This document shows positions 24,162 through 36,975 of a stretch of 64,000 nt of DNA, piece after piece (the first letter of the stretch is position 1; every line of letters starts with the position of its first letter). The notes beneath the pieces were generated by a model that did no database searches, was not told the origin of the DNA, and saw only the letters and a list, made by a program, of their open reading frames with translations. Source of the DNA: Rebecca billardiae RCC1528 (Eukaryota > Protista > Haptophyta). The stretch covers positions 372,001 to 436,000 of the forward strand of contig OZ251251.1 of the NCBI GenBank assembly GCA_965240325.2, given 5' to 3'. The translations under genes and the position numbers were made by a program.

Positions 24162-24621
24162 ATGTCGAACCAGCTCATCATCTTCCCGGTGACCTGCGTC
24201 TTCTTCTTCCTCGAGGCACTCGTGCACTACCACATCGGCAAGACGGTACGCGCGCTCCCACGGCTCCCAGCACGGCGGCGCGACGCGCGCGCGCACGGGC
24301 TCACGCCGCTGCCTGCTCTCGGCGCGTGTGCGCGCCGCACAGGGCTCGGCCTTTGGATTGTCTTGGCCCCCGCCCGACGAGGTGCGCAGCGCATGATGCG
24401 ATCCGTGTCGCGCGTTCGCGCGGGCCCCGCGCCCCCGCACGCGCCTTCGCCCCGCGCTGACACCTTTGCGCGTGCGTGCGCACGCCCGGGGCGGGCAGCT
24501 CGCTAAGATTGTCGTCTCTATCGTCATCTGCTCCGCGCTCTCGTCGAGCGCGACGGCGATGATCGAGGGGTTCTTGGAGAGGAGATCGGCTGGCTCGAAG
24601 AAGAAGAAGAAGAGCTCGTAA
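24162..24621 (+). CDS. Small 81-aa two-TM membrane protein with C-terminal KKxx (3 exons)
   Basis: Exons 24162-24245, 24343-24381 and 24499-24621 with GT-AG introns give MSNQLIIFPVTCVFFFLEALVHYHIGKT-GSAFGLSWPPPDE-LAKIVVSIVICSALSSSATAMIEGFLERRSAGSKKKKKSS*. Confidence 0.75.
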
Positions 24622-25535
24622 GACCTCGCGCCAGGACGGACGCCCCGCGGGAGCAGCCTTCCGCACTGCGCATGAGCGCGCGGAGTCCCACGCCGCGCGC
24701 TGCTCCGTGCTTGCCTCCGAGGCCTCGGCCGCCGCCGTCCGGTTGAGGGCTGACGGTGCGCCGGCCGACCGCGCAGACCGCGCGGCCACTCGCCAGGGTG
24801 CGGCCGGTGATGGTCATCTGATGGCGCCGGCGCGCAGATGATGCCGTGCCTGACGTCCGAGTGAGTATGTCTCCCGGCCTCTCCGTCCGAGGACGAGCCG
24901 TCGAGCGGGCCGGCGCGCCTATCGTTCGGGCAGCCGCGTGATGACAGCCGCCGAGCCCGAGGCCGAGGCCGCGACGAGGCTATCGAGTCTATCGACGCGG
25001 CTGGGTCGGCAGTGCCGCGCCTGCTAGCTGCTGCTGCTGGCAGATGACGATCATCAGAATATCCGCCGCCGATATCACGTACAGTGCGGTCGAGTTCGTC
25101 AGTCAGACGTGACAGCGGCGTACTATTAGTATAATTATTACTAATAACTGTTAATTATAATCAAATCAGATTTATTATATTATTATATTATTATAAATAA
25201 TATATCGATCAATAATTAATAATGACTCATGTAGTATACGACTACGTCGTAGTAGTCAAGTCATCACGCTACGACCGTCGACGTTCAGGACGTGGGACGA
25301 CCCGTCGTCTGAAGCCGAGTGCCGGGAGTGGCGAGTCCGCAGGGCGGCAGGCCCCGCGGCCGCCGGGCCGGCGGCGGCGGCCGCACCCGCCGGCCGCCGC
25401 CGTCGTGCCCGTCCGCCGCTGAGCCCGCTGACGGTTGCGGCTCCGCGTCTCAGACATCAGCAGCCGCTCGTCTCGGCCGCACGCAAGGCGCGGCGCCACG
25501 CCCACGCCCGCCGCCCGATGGCGGCTGCGCGCCGC

Positions 25536-26597
25536 TCACTTGATGTACTTGTTGAGGAACCTCTTGTGGAAGTCCGTGCGCAGCGTGTCGTTGATGAAGG
25601 AGGGCTCCGCCTTGGTGGGCGCGCGCGCCTGGTTTCGGAACACGACGTCGTCGTCCCAACGGCGCTTCACGTTGAAGGAGGACGCGGCGGCGGCGGCGGC
25701 GCCCGCGCCCGCGCCCGCAGCGGGCTGCACGAGCGGGTTCGAGTGCAGGATCGACTCCTCCGTCTCGGCGGCCGCCTGCTCCTCCGCCTCCGCCGCTCGG
25801 CGCGCCGCCTCGTCCGCGCGCTCCTTCTTGATGCGCTCGAGCTCTCGCATCAGCTCCTCCTCCTCGTCCTCCTCGTCCTCCTCCTCCGAGGAGGAGGCGT
25901 CGGACTCGGAGGCGGCGCGCGCGTCCGCGGCGTCACCCTCCACGCGCCCCGCACCCGCGGCGTGCGCCGCCGACGACGCGGGCGCGCGCGCCGAGCGCAC
26001 CGCGGCTGCGGCCGGCTCGTGCGTGGGCGCGTGGTCCGCGTCTGCGGGGTCGAGTAACGCGCCCCAAGCGCCGCCGCCCTGGGGCGCGGCCTCGGCTGCG
26101 GCGGCGAGGTGTCCGCGCGCGGAAGGCGGGGCGGGTACGTGAGACGGACGCAGTGCCCGGCGCGGCGGCCGCGCGCGCGCGCCGTGCGCACGCACCGTCG
26201 AGCACGCTGAAGTCGAGCATGCCTTGCTCGGAGGCGGCGGCAGCATGGCCGCCGCGCCGCCGCTTGCGCGTGTGCTCGCCCTCGCGCGCCTCGAGCTCGC
26301 GGCGCAGGTCGCGCCGGGCGACGTCGTCGGCCGACCCCTGCCCCTGCTGCCGGTGCTTCACCGTGAGGTGCGCGGGCAGCTCCTTGGCCGAGAAGGCCGT
26401 GCGCGGCGCCACCCAGCGATTGCCTGACTGCGAGTCGCCGCCGCGCGCCGGGTTCCAGGTGGCTGTGGGCGCGGGGCGAGGGTGGGGCACGCGCGCGGCC
26501 GGTCGGGTGCCGCGTCGGGTGGCGCGCGCAGCACGCGCGCGACGCGCCGCGTGTGGGCGCGCGAGGATGAGCGCGCACGTCGGTGGGCGGTCGTCAT
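25536..26597 (-). CDS. CWC15: Spliceosome-associated protein CWC15
   Basis: Spliced N-terminus MTTAHRPTWNPARGG (intron 26463-26578), AKELPAHLTVKHRQ, and C-terminal FNVKRRWDDDVVFRNQAR...FINDTLRTDFHKRFLNKYIK. Confidence 0.95.
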
Positions 26598-26652
26598 GCT
26601 GGCTGGCTGAGCAGGAGGGCGCGAGGCGGGTGCCCTTGCAAGGCGGTCCGGG

Positions 26653-28845
26653 CAAGGGAGTCAAGGGTGCCCGCGCCCCAGTGGCGCGCTCGGCGGATGT
26701 TGGGATACACCTTTTTGCCCGCGGCCCTGCGGCGGCGGCGGCGATGGCGTGCTCCGCTGGCGGGGCGAGCGCACGGGGCACGGCGCTGCGGGCGCGGATG
26801 TGCCCGCGAAGCCGGCGCGTGCGGACGGGCTGTTGCGGGAGAGCATCTGGCGCCCTCCTGCGCCGCGCGACTTGCGCCACGCCTCTTTCGCCTCGGCTCA
26901 GAGCAGCGCGCACGCACGCGCCGCCTCAAGGCCAGCCTTGCCGCGCCGCAGCCGACCGCGCGCGCGCCGTGCGCGGCGTGGTCGGGAAGGAACGGGCGCT
27001 GCTGCCGGGCGAGATGGCGACGTCATAGGCGCACGCCATGCCGCCCCGCCACGCCTTGACGAGAGTGTCGTCGGTCCGTTTGCACGCCTTTTCGACTTGT
27101 CACAAATGGTGTGCACTGCCTCGCGGTCGTGACCGTTGTCGGGACGATCATTGAGACACAGAACAGTGCCAGACGGGCACGCGGGCTACTCTTACATGAA
27201 TGTTCATCACCGCGTGGTCATGTAGAAGTGCTGGGTGCGACGCTTTCCTCGCGCTGATGCTCTTTCATCATCTTCTTCGAGCTCAGGTCTGGCTTCAGGC
27301 ACGGCAAGAAATCAGCACTCGTCAACAGCTGTGCGGATCCGTTCTCGTGCTCTTTTGCGGCGCCGCGGGGCGGCATGGCGTGCGCCCATGACGTCGCCAT
27401 CTCGCCCGGCAGCAGCGCCCGTTCCTTCCCGACCACGCCGCGCACGGCGCGCGCGCGGTCGGCTGCGGCGCGGCAAGGCTGGCCTTGAGGCGGCGCGTGC
27501 GTGCGCGCTGCTCTGAGCCGAGGCGAAAGAGGCGTGGCGCAAGTCGCGCGTCGCAGGAGGGCGCCCGATACTCTCCCGCAACAGCCCGTCCGCACGCGCC
27601 GGCTTCGCGGGCACATCCGCGCCCGCAGCGCCGTGCCCCGTGCGCTCGCCCCGCCAGCGGAGCACGCCATCGCCGCCGCCGCCGCAGGGCGCCGGGCAAA
27701 AATCTGTATCCCAACATCCGCCGAGCGCGCCACTGGCAAGGGAGTCAAGGGTGCCCGCGCCCCAGTGGCGCGCTCGGCGGATGTTGGGATACAGATTTTT
27801 GCCCGGCGCCCTGCGGCGGCGGCGGCGATGGCGTGCTCCGCTGGCGGGGCGAGCGCACGGGGCACGGCGCTGCGGGCGCGGATGTGCCCGCGAAGCCGGC
27901 GCGTGCGGACGGGCTGTTGCGGGAGAGTATCGGGCGCCCTCCTGCGACGCGCGACTTGCGCCACGCCTCTTTCGCCTCGGCTCAGAGCAGCGCGCACGCA
28001 CGCGCCGCCTCAAGGCCAGCCTTGCCGCGCCGCAGCCGACCGCGCGCGCGCCGTGCGCGGCGTGGTCGGGAAGGAACGGGCGCTGCTGCCGGGCGAGATG
28101 GCGACGTCATGGGCGCACGCCATGCCGCCCCGCGGCGCCGCAAAAGAGCACGAGAACGGATCCGCACAGCTGTTGACGAGTGCTGATTTCTTGCCGTGCC
28201 TGAAGCCAGACCTGAGCTCGAAGAAGATGATGAAAGAGCATCAGCGCGAGGAAAGCGTCGCACCCAGCACTTCTACATGACCACGCGGTGATGAACATTC
28301 ATGTAAGAGTAGCCCGCGTGCCCGTCTGGCACTGTTCTGTGTCTCAATGATCGTCCCGACAACGGTCACGACCGCGAGGCAGTGCACACCATTTGTGACA
28401 AGTCGAAAAGGCGTGCAAACGGACCGACGACACTCTCGTCAAGGCGTGGCGGGGCGGCATGGCGTGCGCCTATGACGTCGCCATCTCGCCCGGCAGCAGC
28501 GCCCGTTCCTTCCCGACCACGCCGCGCACGGCGCGCGCGCGGTCGGCTGCGGCGCGGCAAGGCTGGCCTTGAGGCGGCGCGTGCGTGCGCGCTGCTCTGA
28601 GCCGAGGCGAAAGAGGCGTGGCGCAAGTCGCGCGGCGCAGGAGGGCGCCAGATGCTCTCCCGCAACAGCCCGTCCGCACGCGCCGGCTTCGCGGGCACAT
28701 CCGCGCCCGCAGCGCCGTGCCCCGTGCGCTCGCCCCGCCAGCGGAGCACGCCATCGCCGCCGCCGCCGCAGGGCCGCGGGCAAAAAGGTGTATCCCAACA
28801 TCCGCCGAGCGCGCCACTGGGGCGCGGGCACCCTTGACTCCCTTG
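26653..28845. mobile_element. Inverted dimer of a ~1.1-kb fold-back transposon (P-element-like), forming a 2.19-kb palindrome
   Basis: Copy 1 at 26653-27736 lacks the last 25 bp; copy 2 at 27737-28845 is inverted; termini CAAGGG...CCCTTG; 7-bp TSD GTCCGGG at 26646-26652 and 28846-28852. Confidence 0.9.
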
Positions 28846-28956
28846 GTCCGGGTGACTTCACCGCACACTGTTCAACTTGGTCCGGCCCTAACCTCGAGCA
28901 AGTCAAAACCGCCACGCACGGACCCGCGGTTTCGCTTCATTCATTCGTCGCGAAAG

Positions 28957-31900
28957 ATGGCGTCGCGCGGCGTTGTGCGCGGCGCGCGCGGGGAGGCGGC
29001 GGCGCGGGCGGAGGACGAGGACGAGGAGGAGCTGGACGAGGAGGACGCGGAGGCGGACCCGAGCCTCGCGGCCTCCGACGACTCTGAGGGCAGCGACGGC
29101 GAAGAGACCAGCTCGTCCGCGCCGACCGAGCCGCGCGCGGCCGACAGCGCGCCGCGGCCGGTGCCGCGCGTGATGCGCTCGCTCTTCAAGGGGCGGCCGG
29201 CGACGGTGTGGTTCGACTACGCGCCGTTCCTCGACATGGAGCGGACGGAGGGCGCGGGTGCGCGCCGCCGCCATCGCGCGGCCCATCTGCCGGCCGCGGC
29301 GCGCGCGCGCGCGCACGCGCCGCGCTCACCGCCGCCACCTCTCCGCGCGCACGCGGCGCGCGCAGAGCGCGTGCACGAGCTGTCCGACCCGAGCGTGCTC
29401 CCGCTGTACTTCAAGGCGGAGAAGCACATCAACTGCATCGCGCAGTCGCTGAAGCGCAACGGCTTCCGCCGGCTGCTCAAGGGCGCGTCGTACAACGTGT
29501 TCTGGGGCGCGCACCTCTCGGAGAAGGGGCTGCGCCGCTCGGTGCCGCACCAGTACGTCAACCACTTCCCGGGCTCGTACGGGATCGGGCGGAAGGACTA
29601 CCTGTGGAAGAACATCTCGCGCATGCAGCGCGACCACCCGGCCGAGGTGCGCGCGCGCCGCCGCCCGCCTCGCGCGCCCGCCGCCGGCCGCGCCGCTCAG
29701 CCGCCGGCCGCGCGCCGCGCTCCGCCGTGCCGCGCAGTACGACTTCGTGGTGCGCAGCTACCTGCTCCCGCCCGACCGCGAGCTGCTCGAGCGCGACTTT
29801 GTGGAGGGCGAGCTGTACATTGCGAAGCCGCCCGCGAGCGCGGAGGGGCGCGGCATCCGTCTGCTCTCGCGCGCGGAGCAGCTGCCCGCGCGCGAGCGTG
29901 CGGCGGTCGTGCAGCGGTACATCCACAACCCGTACCTGATCGGGGGGAAGAAGTTCGACCTGCGCGTGTACGTGTGCGTCACCTCGTTCGACCCGCTGCG
30001 CGTGTACGTGTACGACGAGGGCCTCGGCCGCTTCGCCACGCACGCGTACTCGGGCTCGTCCTCGCGCGCCAACCTGAAGGACAAGCTCGCGCACCTGACC
30101 AACTACGCGCTCAACAAGCGCTCGGACGAGTTCGTGCGCAACACGGACGCGGAGCGCGACGCGGAGGGCTCCAAGTGGTCGCTCTCCGCCGTGTGGCGCC
30201 ACCTCGCCGCGGAGGGCCACGACGTGCCCGCGCTGCGCGCGCGCATCCGCGACATCGCGGTGAAGACGATGATCGCGGTCGAGCCGTCCGTCGTCTCCAA
30301 GCTCAACCAGTGGTGCTACAACCGCGCCTCGCCCTTCGAGCTGTTCGGCCTCGACATCCTGCTGGACGCACAGCTCAAGCCGTGGCTGATCGAGGTGAAC
30401 GTGGCGTGCTCGCTCTCCTCCTCCTCGCCGCTCGACCGCCGCGTGAAGCACGCGCTGCTGACGGACACGTTCCACCTGCTGGGCGTCGTCCCGTTTGAGC
30501 GCAGGCCGCAGCACGGCGCGCAGCAGCAGCACCCAGGGGGCGCGGACGAGGAGGGCGGCGGCGGCGGCGGCGGCGGCGGGGGCGGGGGCGGGGGCGGGGG
30601 CGGGGCGAGGCGGCACGCGGGCGGGCGCGTGGCGCTGAGCGCGCGCCCGCCGCCCGAGCGCCGCGCCAAGGGTCGCAACGTCTTTGAGCTGCGCGCCACG
30701 CCGCTGTGCGCGCTCGGGCCGGACGAGTGGGAGCTGGTGATGGCGGCCGAGGACGAGCTCGGGCGGCGCGGCCACTGGGCGCGCGCCTACCCCGTGTACG
30801 GCGAGGCGGAGGTGGCGCGCTACATGCGCCTCTTCTCGTGCGCGCGCTACCGCAACACGGTGCTCGCCAAGTGGTGCGCGCAGCCCGACTGGCGGCTGCT
30901 CGCGCCCTTCCTCGCCGGCCCGCCGCCGCCACACGCCGCGCTCGTGCCGAGCGTGCCCGCGCCGCTCGGCGCGCCGCCGCACGCGGGCGCGGCCGGCCGG
31001 CGCGCGTCCGCGGGCGGTGGCGCGGCGTGCTGCTCGCGGCCCTCGACCAGCAGCAGCTCGGCCGCCACGCCGCGCGGGCGCGGCGCGGGCGCGTGCACGG
31101 GCGCGGGCGTGTGCACGGCGCGGCGCGCGAGCACGCCCGCGCGCACGGCAGGCGCGGGCGCCAAGGCGGCGCCGGCGCCGGCGGCTCGAACGACGCCCGC
31201 GCCCGCCGCCGTCGCCGCCGCTGCCGCCGGCACGCCGCCGCCGCAGCCGCGCGCGCCTGCCGCCGGCACGAGCGGCCCGCACTCCGCCGATGCGGCGGCC
31301 GAGCGCAGCCCGCCGCGCACGCTGCTCGACTTGTCGCCGCACGCGCCGCCCCCTGCGCTGCTCCGGCGCGCACCCTCCGAGGGCGGCAGCGCCGACGCCA
31401 TGCTCGCGGCGGCCGCGCGCTCCGCGCTGCGCGCCGCGCAGTCCGTGCCCCCGAGCGGCGCGCTGCGCTGGCACAGCCACACAGCGCCGCCGGGGCACAT
31501 GCACGCGGCCATGTCCGGTGTGCCGGGCGCGGGCGCCGCCCCGCACACGCGGCTCGTGCGGCCGCTCGAGCTGCGCGCGCGCGGAGGCGCGCGCGCGCCC
31601 GCGCCGGGCGGCGGCGGTGCGGCGGCGGTGGGCGACGTCGACCGGCTGCTGCGCAGGGCGACGGTGGGCGGCGGCGGCGGCGGCAAGGTGGGCGCGGCGG
31701 TGGCGACCGCTGCCGCGCCGCTCGGCGGCGTGCGCTGCGCGAGTGGCGCGGCGCCCTCGGCCGCGCACGCCCTCGGCGGCCGCGCGGGCGCGGTGCGCAC
31801 GCCGGCCGCCGCCGGCCGCGCGCTGCCGGCTGGCGCGTGGCCGCTGCACGACGGTGCAGGCGGGGCGGGCTCGCCGCGTATGCCAACCTCGCTGCACCCG

Positions 31901-32011
31901 TCGGCGGCGAGCGTGCCGTCGCCGCCCGCGCGCGTCGCGGCGGCAGGGGCCGGCCCGGCGGTCGTCGGCAGCGGCGCTACCAGCGCGGGATGGCGGGTTG
32001 GCTACTACTGA
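28957..32011 (+). CDS. Tubulin-tyrosine-ligase-like polyglutamylase (TTLL4/5-like)
   Basis: VNHFPGSYGIGRKDYL, YIAKPPASAEGRGI, VQRYIHNPYLIGGKKFDLRVYV, HLTNY and FELFGLDILLD...WLIEVN; intron 29647-29737 and a probable in-frame intron near 29258-29365. Confidence 0.93.
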
Positions 32012-32888
32012 GCGTGCCGATCCGGCCGAGCCGACTTCGCACTCACAGTCACTACTCGGTGCGCCTGCGGTCGCGGCCGCACGCTAAATGACGCTGCTAA
32101 AAGCAACTGGCAAAGCCGCGCTCCGCACGCCGAGCACGCGCACCCACGGGAGTCAGGCACCGGCTGTCTGGCACGGCCGGCGCGGCACATAGTCAAGTGA
32201 CCGCCGGACCGCAGTGTGCTGTGCCTGTGTGGATAGGGCTCGCAGTTCACCGGCCTGGCCCTGGGCAGCGGGAGTCCGGGACGGCCAGTGACTCAGAGTG
32301 AGGGCAGGGGTGCCCAGAGCTAGGAGATGGGTAGCGCGCCCGCCTTGTTTTCCGCATAATTATACCCAAGTGGACCATGGACCCGCCGACCGGTGTGGAC
32401 CCTTCATTATAGTCTAATTCGGGGTCCGATCGGCGTTGCGGTATAGTCATCGACGTACAAGTATGCGACTCATCATCACGATGATAATGGCGTAACGACG
32501 TCGTCGCTACAGATGGAAAGCTCGAGGTGCTACCGCCTACCACTGGTGACTGGTCCGGTCGAATCATCAACGGGTCTTCATCAAATGAGTTGTTCATGAT
32601 GTATTGGCGAACGCGGGCTCATCCATTGTAGATACAAATAATGCTGTGCCGCTTCGGAGCTTCGGAACGCGGGAAGCCCGGGAACGGAAACTGGCTTTTG
32701 GTTGTTCAGTTTACTAAGAATAAGAGAGTAGTATTCATGAGTAACACATGATTACGGCCGGTTCGTCCTCCGGGTTTAACCACTGCGGCCCGCTTCGGCG
32801 CGAGTTCATCATCCCTCGTGCCGCGAGGCTTCCTCGCTCTGCTCGCCTCGCCTCTCCTCCGCCTCGCAAAGCGTCGGGCTCCGCGCGC

Positions 32889-35800
32889 ATGCTCCGCGGG
32901 ATCAGCCTCTCGAGCCCGCCGGCGTCAGCCACCAGCCGCATCGCTTCGAGCCGACCAGCCCGCACGTCCTCCCGCGAGCAGGCAGCCGCCGCACGCGGCC
33001 ACGCCTCGCCCGCCTCGGCGCCGGCGGCCGATCCGACTGCGCCGCTCGCGCCGCCCGTGCCCGCGTCGGCATCGACGGTTGGCCCGCGCCCGCGTTTGCT
33101 GACGCCGATGGACCGAAGCGTCTCAGGCAGCAGGCCCGCCCTCTCGCCGCTCGACTCGCCCCTCGTATCGGCGGCCAGCACGCTCGCGAGCGCCGCCGCC
33201 GCGCTCGTGCAGGACGAGGAGATGTACTTCCCCAGCCTCGACACGCCCAGAGAGACCGACGTGCAGCCGGCAGATCTGCAAGGAGACGCCTCGCCTCAGC
33301 GGGGCGAGGCGCTGTGCGCGCCGCAGACGCATGGCGGCACGTCGCCCAAGCAGGCTTTGCGCGCGGCGAGCAGCCGGCCGGTCGTCACCGGCGCCGCCGA
33401 TCACTCTGCTCCCGCACCGCCGATCACGGGCCGCGCCGCCCACGCGCCGCCGCCCCCTGCGTGGCTTCCGAGCTCGATTTTGGTGGAGTTGCCACCCGCG
33501 GATGCGATGCCGCCGAAGAGCCCGTCGTCCAGCCCGCCGGCACCGCTCGGCGCGGCTCGCTCCCCCGGTCTCATCCCGCCATCGGTCGACCAAACGCCGC
33601 TCACCAGCTTGCGGCGTCGCGCGTGCTCGCAGGTCAGCAAAAGCACCTCCTCACTCACGAGCGACGCGCCCGAGCTGCTCGAGCTCAAGCCGTCGCCGCG
33701 CGCACGCCACTCGATGCGCGCGTCGGTCGAGGGCGCCAACGCCGCGGGTAGCGGCGGCGCTCGCGGTGGGGCGGGCCTTGGCGTGAAGCCACTCGTGGCG
33801 CCCCGCTCGCCCTCGTCCTCGGCCCGCATGGCGGCGCCGGTGCGTGGCGCGATCGGCGAGGCGCCCCTCACGCCTCGACCGTGCCCGCCGCCGATCGACC
33901 TCTCCAGCGACGGCGGTGCCGAGCACGCGCACACGCTCGAGCTCATGGACCTGCTGGGCGCCATCGGCGAGGCGCGCTCCAACGCGGAGCTGCACGGCGC
34001 GCTGTGCGCGCACGCGCGCGGCGCGCTCGGCTGCGATGGCGTGCGGCTGCTGCTGCCCGCAGGCAGCGGCTGGCGCGTGGCGGCGCTGCCGAGCGGCATG
34101 TCGCGCGCCGAGTTTGCCGCGGCCGCGGGCCCGCTGATGCAAGCGCAGCCCACCGCCAGCGGCGCGGCGATGGCGCACGGCGACGTGCTCTTCGCGCCGA
34201 GCTGGCGGGGCGACGGCCCCAGCCGCGCGCGCGGCGCCGCGCGCGCGCGCGGCGGGCCGCCCGAGCACGCGGCGTACGCGGCGTGCCCGCTGCGCCCCGC
34301 GCCGCTCGAGGGCGCGGCCGCCGCCGTGCGCGCGCTGCTCGAGCTCTCGTGGCCGGCGCTGCCGCCGGAGGAGGAGCACGCGGCGGACGGCGGCGCGCCC
34401 GCGGCCGGCCGCTCGCCCGCGGAGGCGGGCGCAATACCCGCCGCCGCCGCGGGCGCGACAGCGGCTCGGCGCGTGGACGAGACCCTGCGCGTGGCGCGCG
34501 CGGTGCGCGGCCGGCTTGAAGGCATCGCGCTCGAGGCGGTGGCGGCCGCCTCGCGCAGCTCGCGCCGAGCGGTGGCGGACGAGCTGGACTGGAGCGACGC
34601 GCTGCCCGAGCTGGCGTACAACGCGGCCAGTGCGGTGAGCGCCGGGCTGGGCGGCTCCGGCGAGGCTTCCAGGGACGGCGCCCTCGCCGCGCTCGCGCAG
34701 GCGGCCGCCTGCCTCCCCGGCTGCACGCGCTGCGAGCTCGGGGAGATGACGCCCGCACACGCGCACGCGCGCGCGAGCACCGTCGACGCCGTGGCGCGTG
34801 CGGCGGCGCACGGCGCGACCGTCTGCGTGGTGGGGAGCTGGGCGCTGGGCTCGGAGGCGCGTCGCGTGCAAACGTCGGCCGAGGCCGGCCGCCCGGTCCA
34901 TGCGCCCGCCGTGCTGCCGCTGAGCTCGCTGCCCGGCCCGACTGTCCGCGCGATCGGCCAGGCGGTGCGCGTCGCCTCGCGCGCGCACGCGGAGGGCGGC
35001 GCGGCCGCGCGGCCGGCGGGCGGCGCACCGGGCGGCAGCGCGTCGAGCACGGCGCCGCCGGACTCCGGAATCGTGGTGAGCGCCGTCCTGCTCAGCCGCA
35101 CGGCCCGCAGCCCCCTCGCCCTCGCGCAGCTGCACTTTGACGTCTCGTCCGTCTCGGCGGCGCCGCCGCAGCGCGCGGCCGCGGGTGCGCGCAAAGCGCG
35201 AGCGCGCGCGCGCCGCCGGCGTGTGTGCGCGCGCGCGCGGCCGGAGTGGCTGACGGCACGCGCTGCTGCTCCGCCCGGCCCCGCCGGGCTGCCCCGTTTG
35301 CGTGCGCGCGAATGCCGGCGCCGCGCAGAGATCCTCGCCTCCAGCGCCGCCACGCTCATGCGCGCGCGCGCGCACGCGCGCTCGGCCGTGCGCGCGCGCA
35401 TGCGCTGGCTGCGCGCGTTCGATGTCGTGCGCACGCGCACCGAGACCGCCAGGTGCGCTCGCGCGCGGCGCGTGCGCGGCTCTGCCCCGCGCGCGGTGCG
35501 GGCGCTCACCTCGCGCCGCCGGGGCGGTGCCCGTCGGCCCGCGCGTGCGCGCGCAGGGTGGCGGCGCGGCTCAAGCAGGCGACGGCGACGTCGCGCGCGA
35601 TCGAGGCGACGCACCGGCGCTCGCGGCTGCTGCTGGAGAGCAGCGCCGCACTGGCCGAGACGACGCGCGAGCTCACAAAGCCGGCGCGCGCGGACGAGAC
35701 CCCCGTCCGCCGCGCCGCCGGCGTGATGCGCGCCTACTGCGAGCGGCTGAGCTGCCTGCTCGAGCAGAGCGTCGCGGTGGGCGCGTGCTCCGTGCTGCTG

Positions 35801-36442
35801 CTCGAGCCCGCGCGCGTGCAGCTGTTCGCGGTGCACACCGCGATGCGCGGGCGCGTGGGCGACGCGAGCGCGAACCGGATGGTGCGCGCCGCCGGCTCGC
35901 TGATCGCCGCCGCCGTCGTCGGGCAGGCGAGCGAGGTCGTCGTCGCGCCCGGCCGCTGGCAGCGCGCGGAGGGCGGCGTCGCCGCCGCGCGCTCCGTCAC
36001 GCTGAACGGCCACTCGGCGCTGGCTGTGCCGCTCGAGTGCGGCGGCCAGGTGGTGGGCGTGCTGCAGCTGCTCGGGCGGGTGGACAGCTACGACCTCGGC
36101 GCGGGCGTGTGCACGGGCAAGCCGCTGCCCTTCGACGCGGAGGAGGTGGCCGCGGTGCGCGCGGTCGCGGCGCACGCGGCGTGCCTGCTCGAGGTGGCGT
36201 GCGCGCGCGCTGGCATCGAGCACCCCGGCGAGCTGATGCTGCGCGCAAGCGGCAGGGCGGCGATCGCGCAGGAGCCGATCCTGCCGTGGGAGCTGGTGGC
36301 GCAGCAGGACGACGGCGGTGGCATCAACGGCGACGATGCCAGCCGCAGCTCGCGGGACATTTTGACAGAGGCCGCCTGGCAGGCCTTGGACTCATCGCTC
36401 GCGCCGCCCCGCGCACCTCCGCCGTCGCGGACTGACTGCTGA
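32889..36442 (+). CDS. GAF-domain protein with low-complexity N-terminus (multi-exon)
   Basis: C-terminal ALAVPLECGGQVVGVLQLLGR...PFDAEEVA GAF signature; GC-rich introns near 35185-35330 and 35453-35556; start uncertain. Confidence 0.6.
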
Positions 36443-36975
36443 TCATGATGACTGAACTCGCCTGATGGTCTTATGACGACTTGGTCAGGCTGCTATGGCA
36501 CTATATATATATATATAGCGCGCTAGGTCGACAGCGAGTAGCGCGGCAGACGCAGTGCGCCGGCCACCCGCGCAGCGCCCTGCCCCCCCGTGAATCCTGA
36601 GGGAGCCAGGGCCGGGACTGGAGCACTCAGCAGCACTGCCTCGGCCCGCCTGCAGGGACGACAAACTAGCGGCTCGGCCCGGGCATTAACGCCGGGCGTC
36701 GGCGCCCTGCCCGGCAGATGCCGCCGCGGCCGAGCGCCTGAATTCCGGAGCACTTGGATGACGCGAGTCATCATCATCAGCATTGCTGATGATGACATCA
36801 TTAGCAGCAGCTGATATTATAGCAGCACGCGCAGTAGCGCCGCCGATGACCGCGTGGCGCCCGTCGTCCGAGTACTAGTATAAGTATTGTAGTAACCCGG
36901 ACCGTACGTACGACTACCGAACGCAACCCGGACGACGACTCGTCGCGACGACGACTTCGTCGTATCGTCACGTCG

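Noticed and set aside
26632-26644. GCCCTTGCAAGGC next to the TSD, resembling joined element ends
   Set aside because: Too short to distinguish from chance without an empty-site allele
27218-28280. Mirror-image 259-aa and 233-aa ORFs
   Set aside because: They are products of the palindrome; no transposase (DDE/THAP) motifs are visible
32247-32597. 116-aa ORF in a lower-GC intergenic stretch
   Set aside because: Atypical codon usage and no recognisable motif
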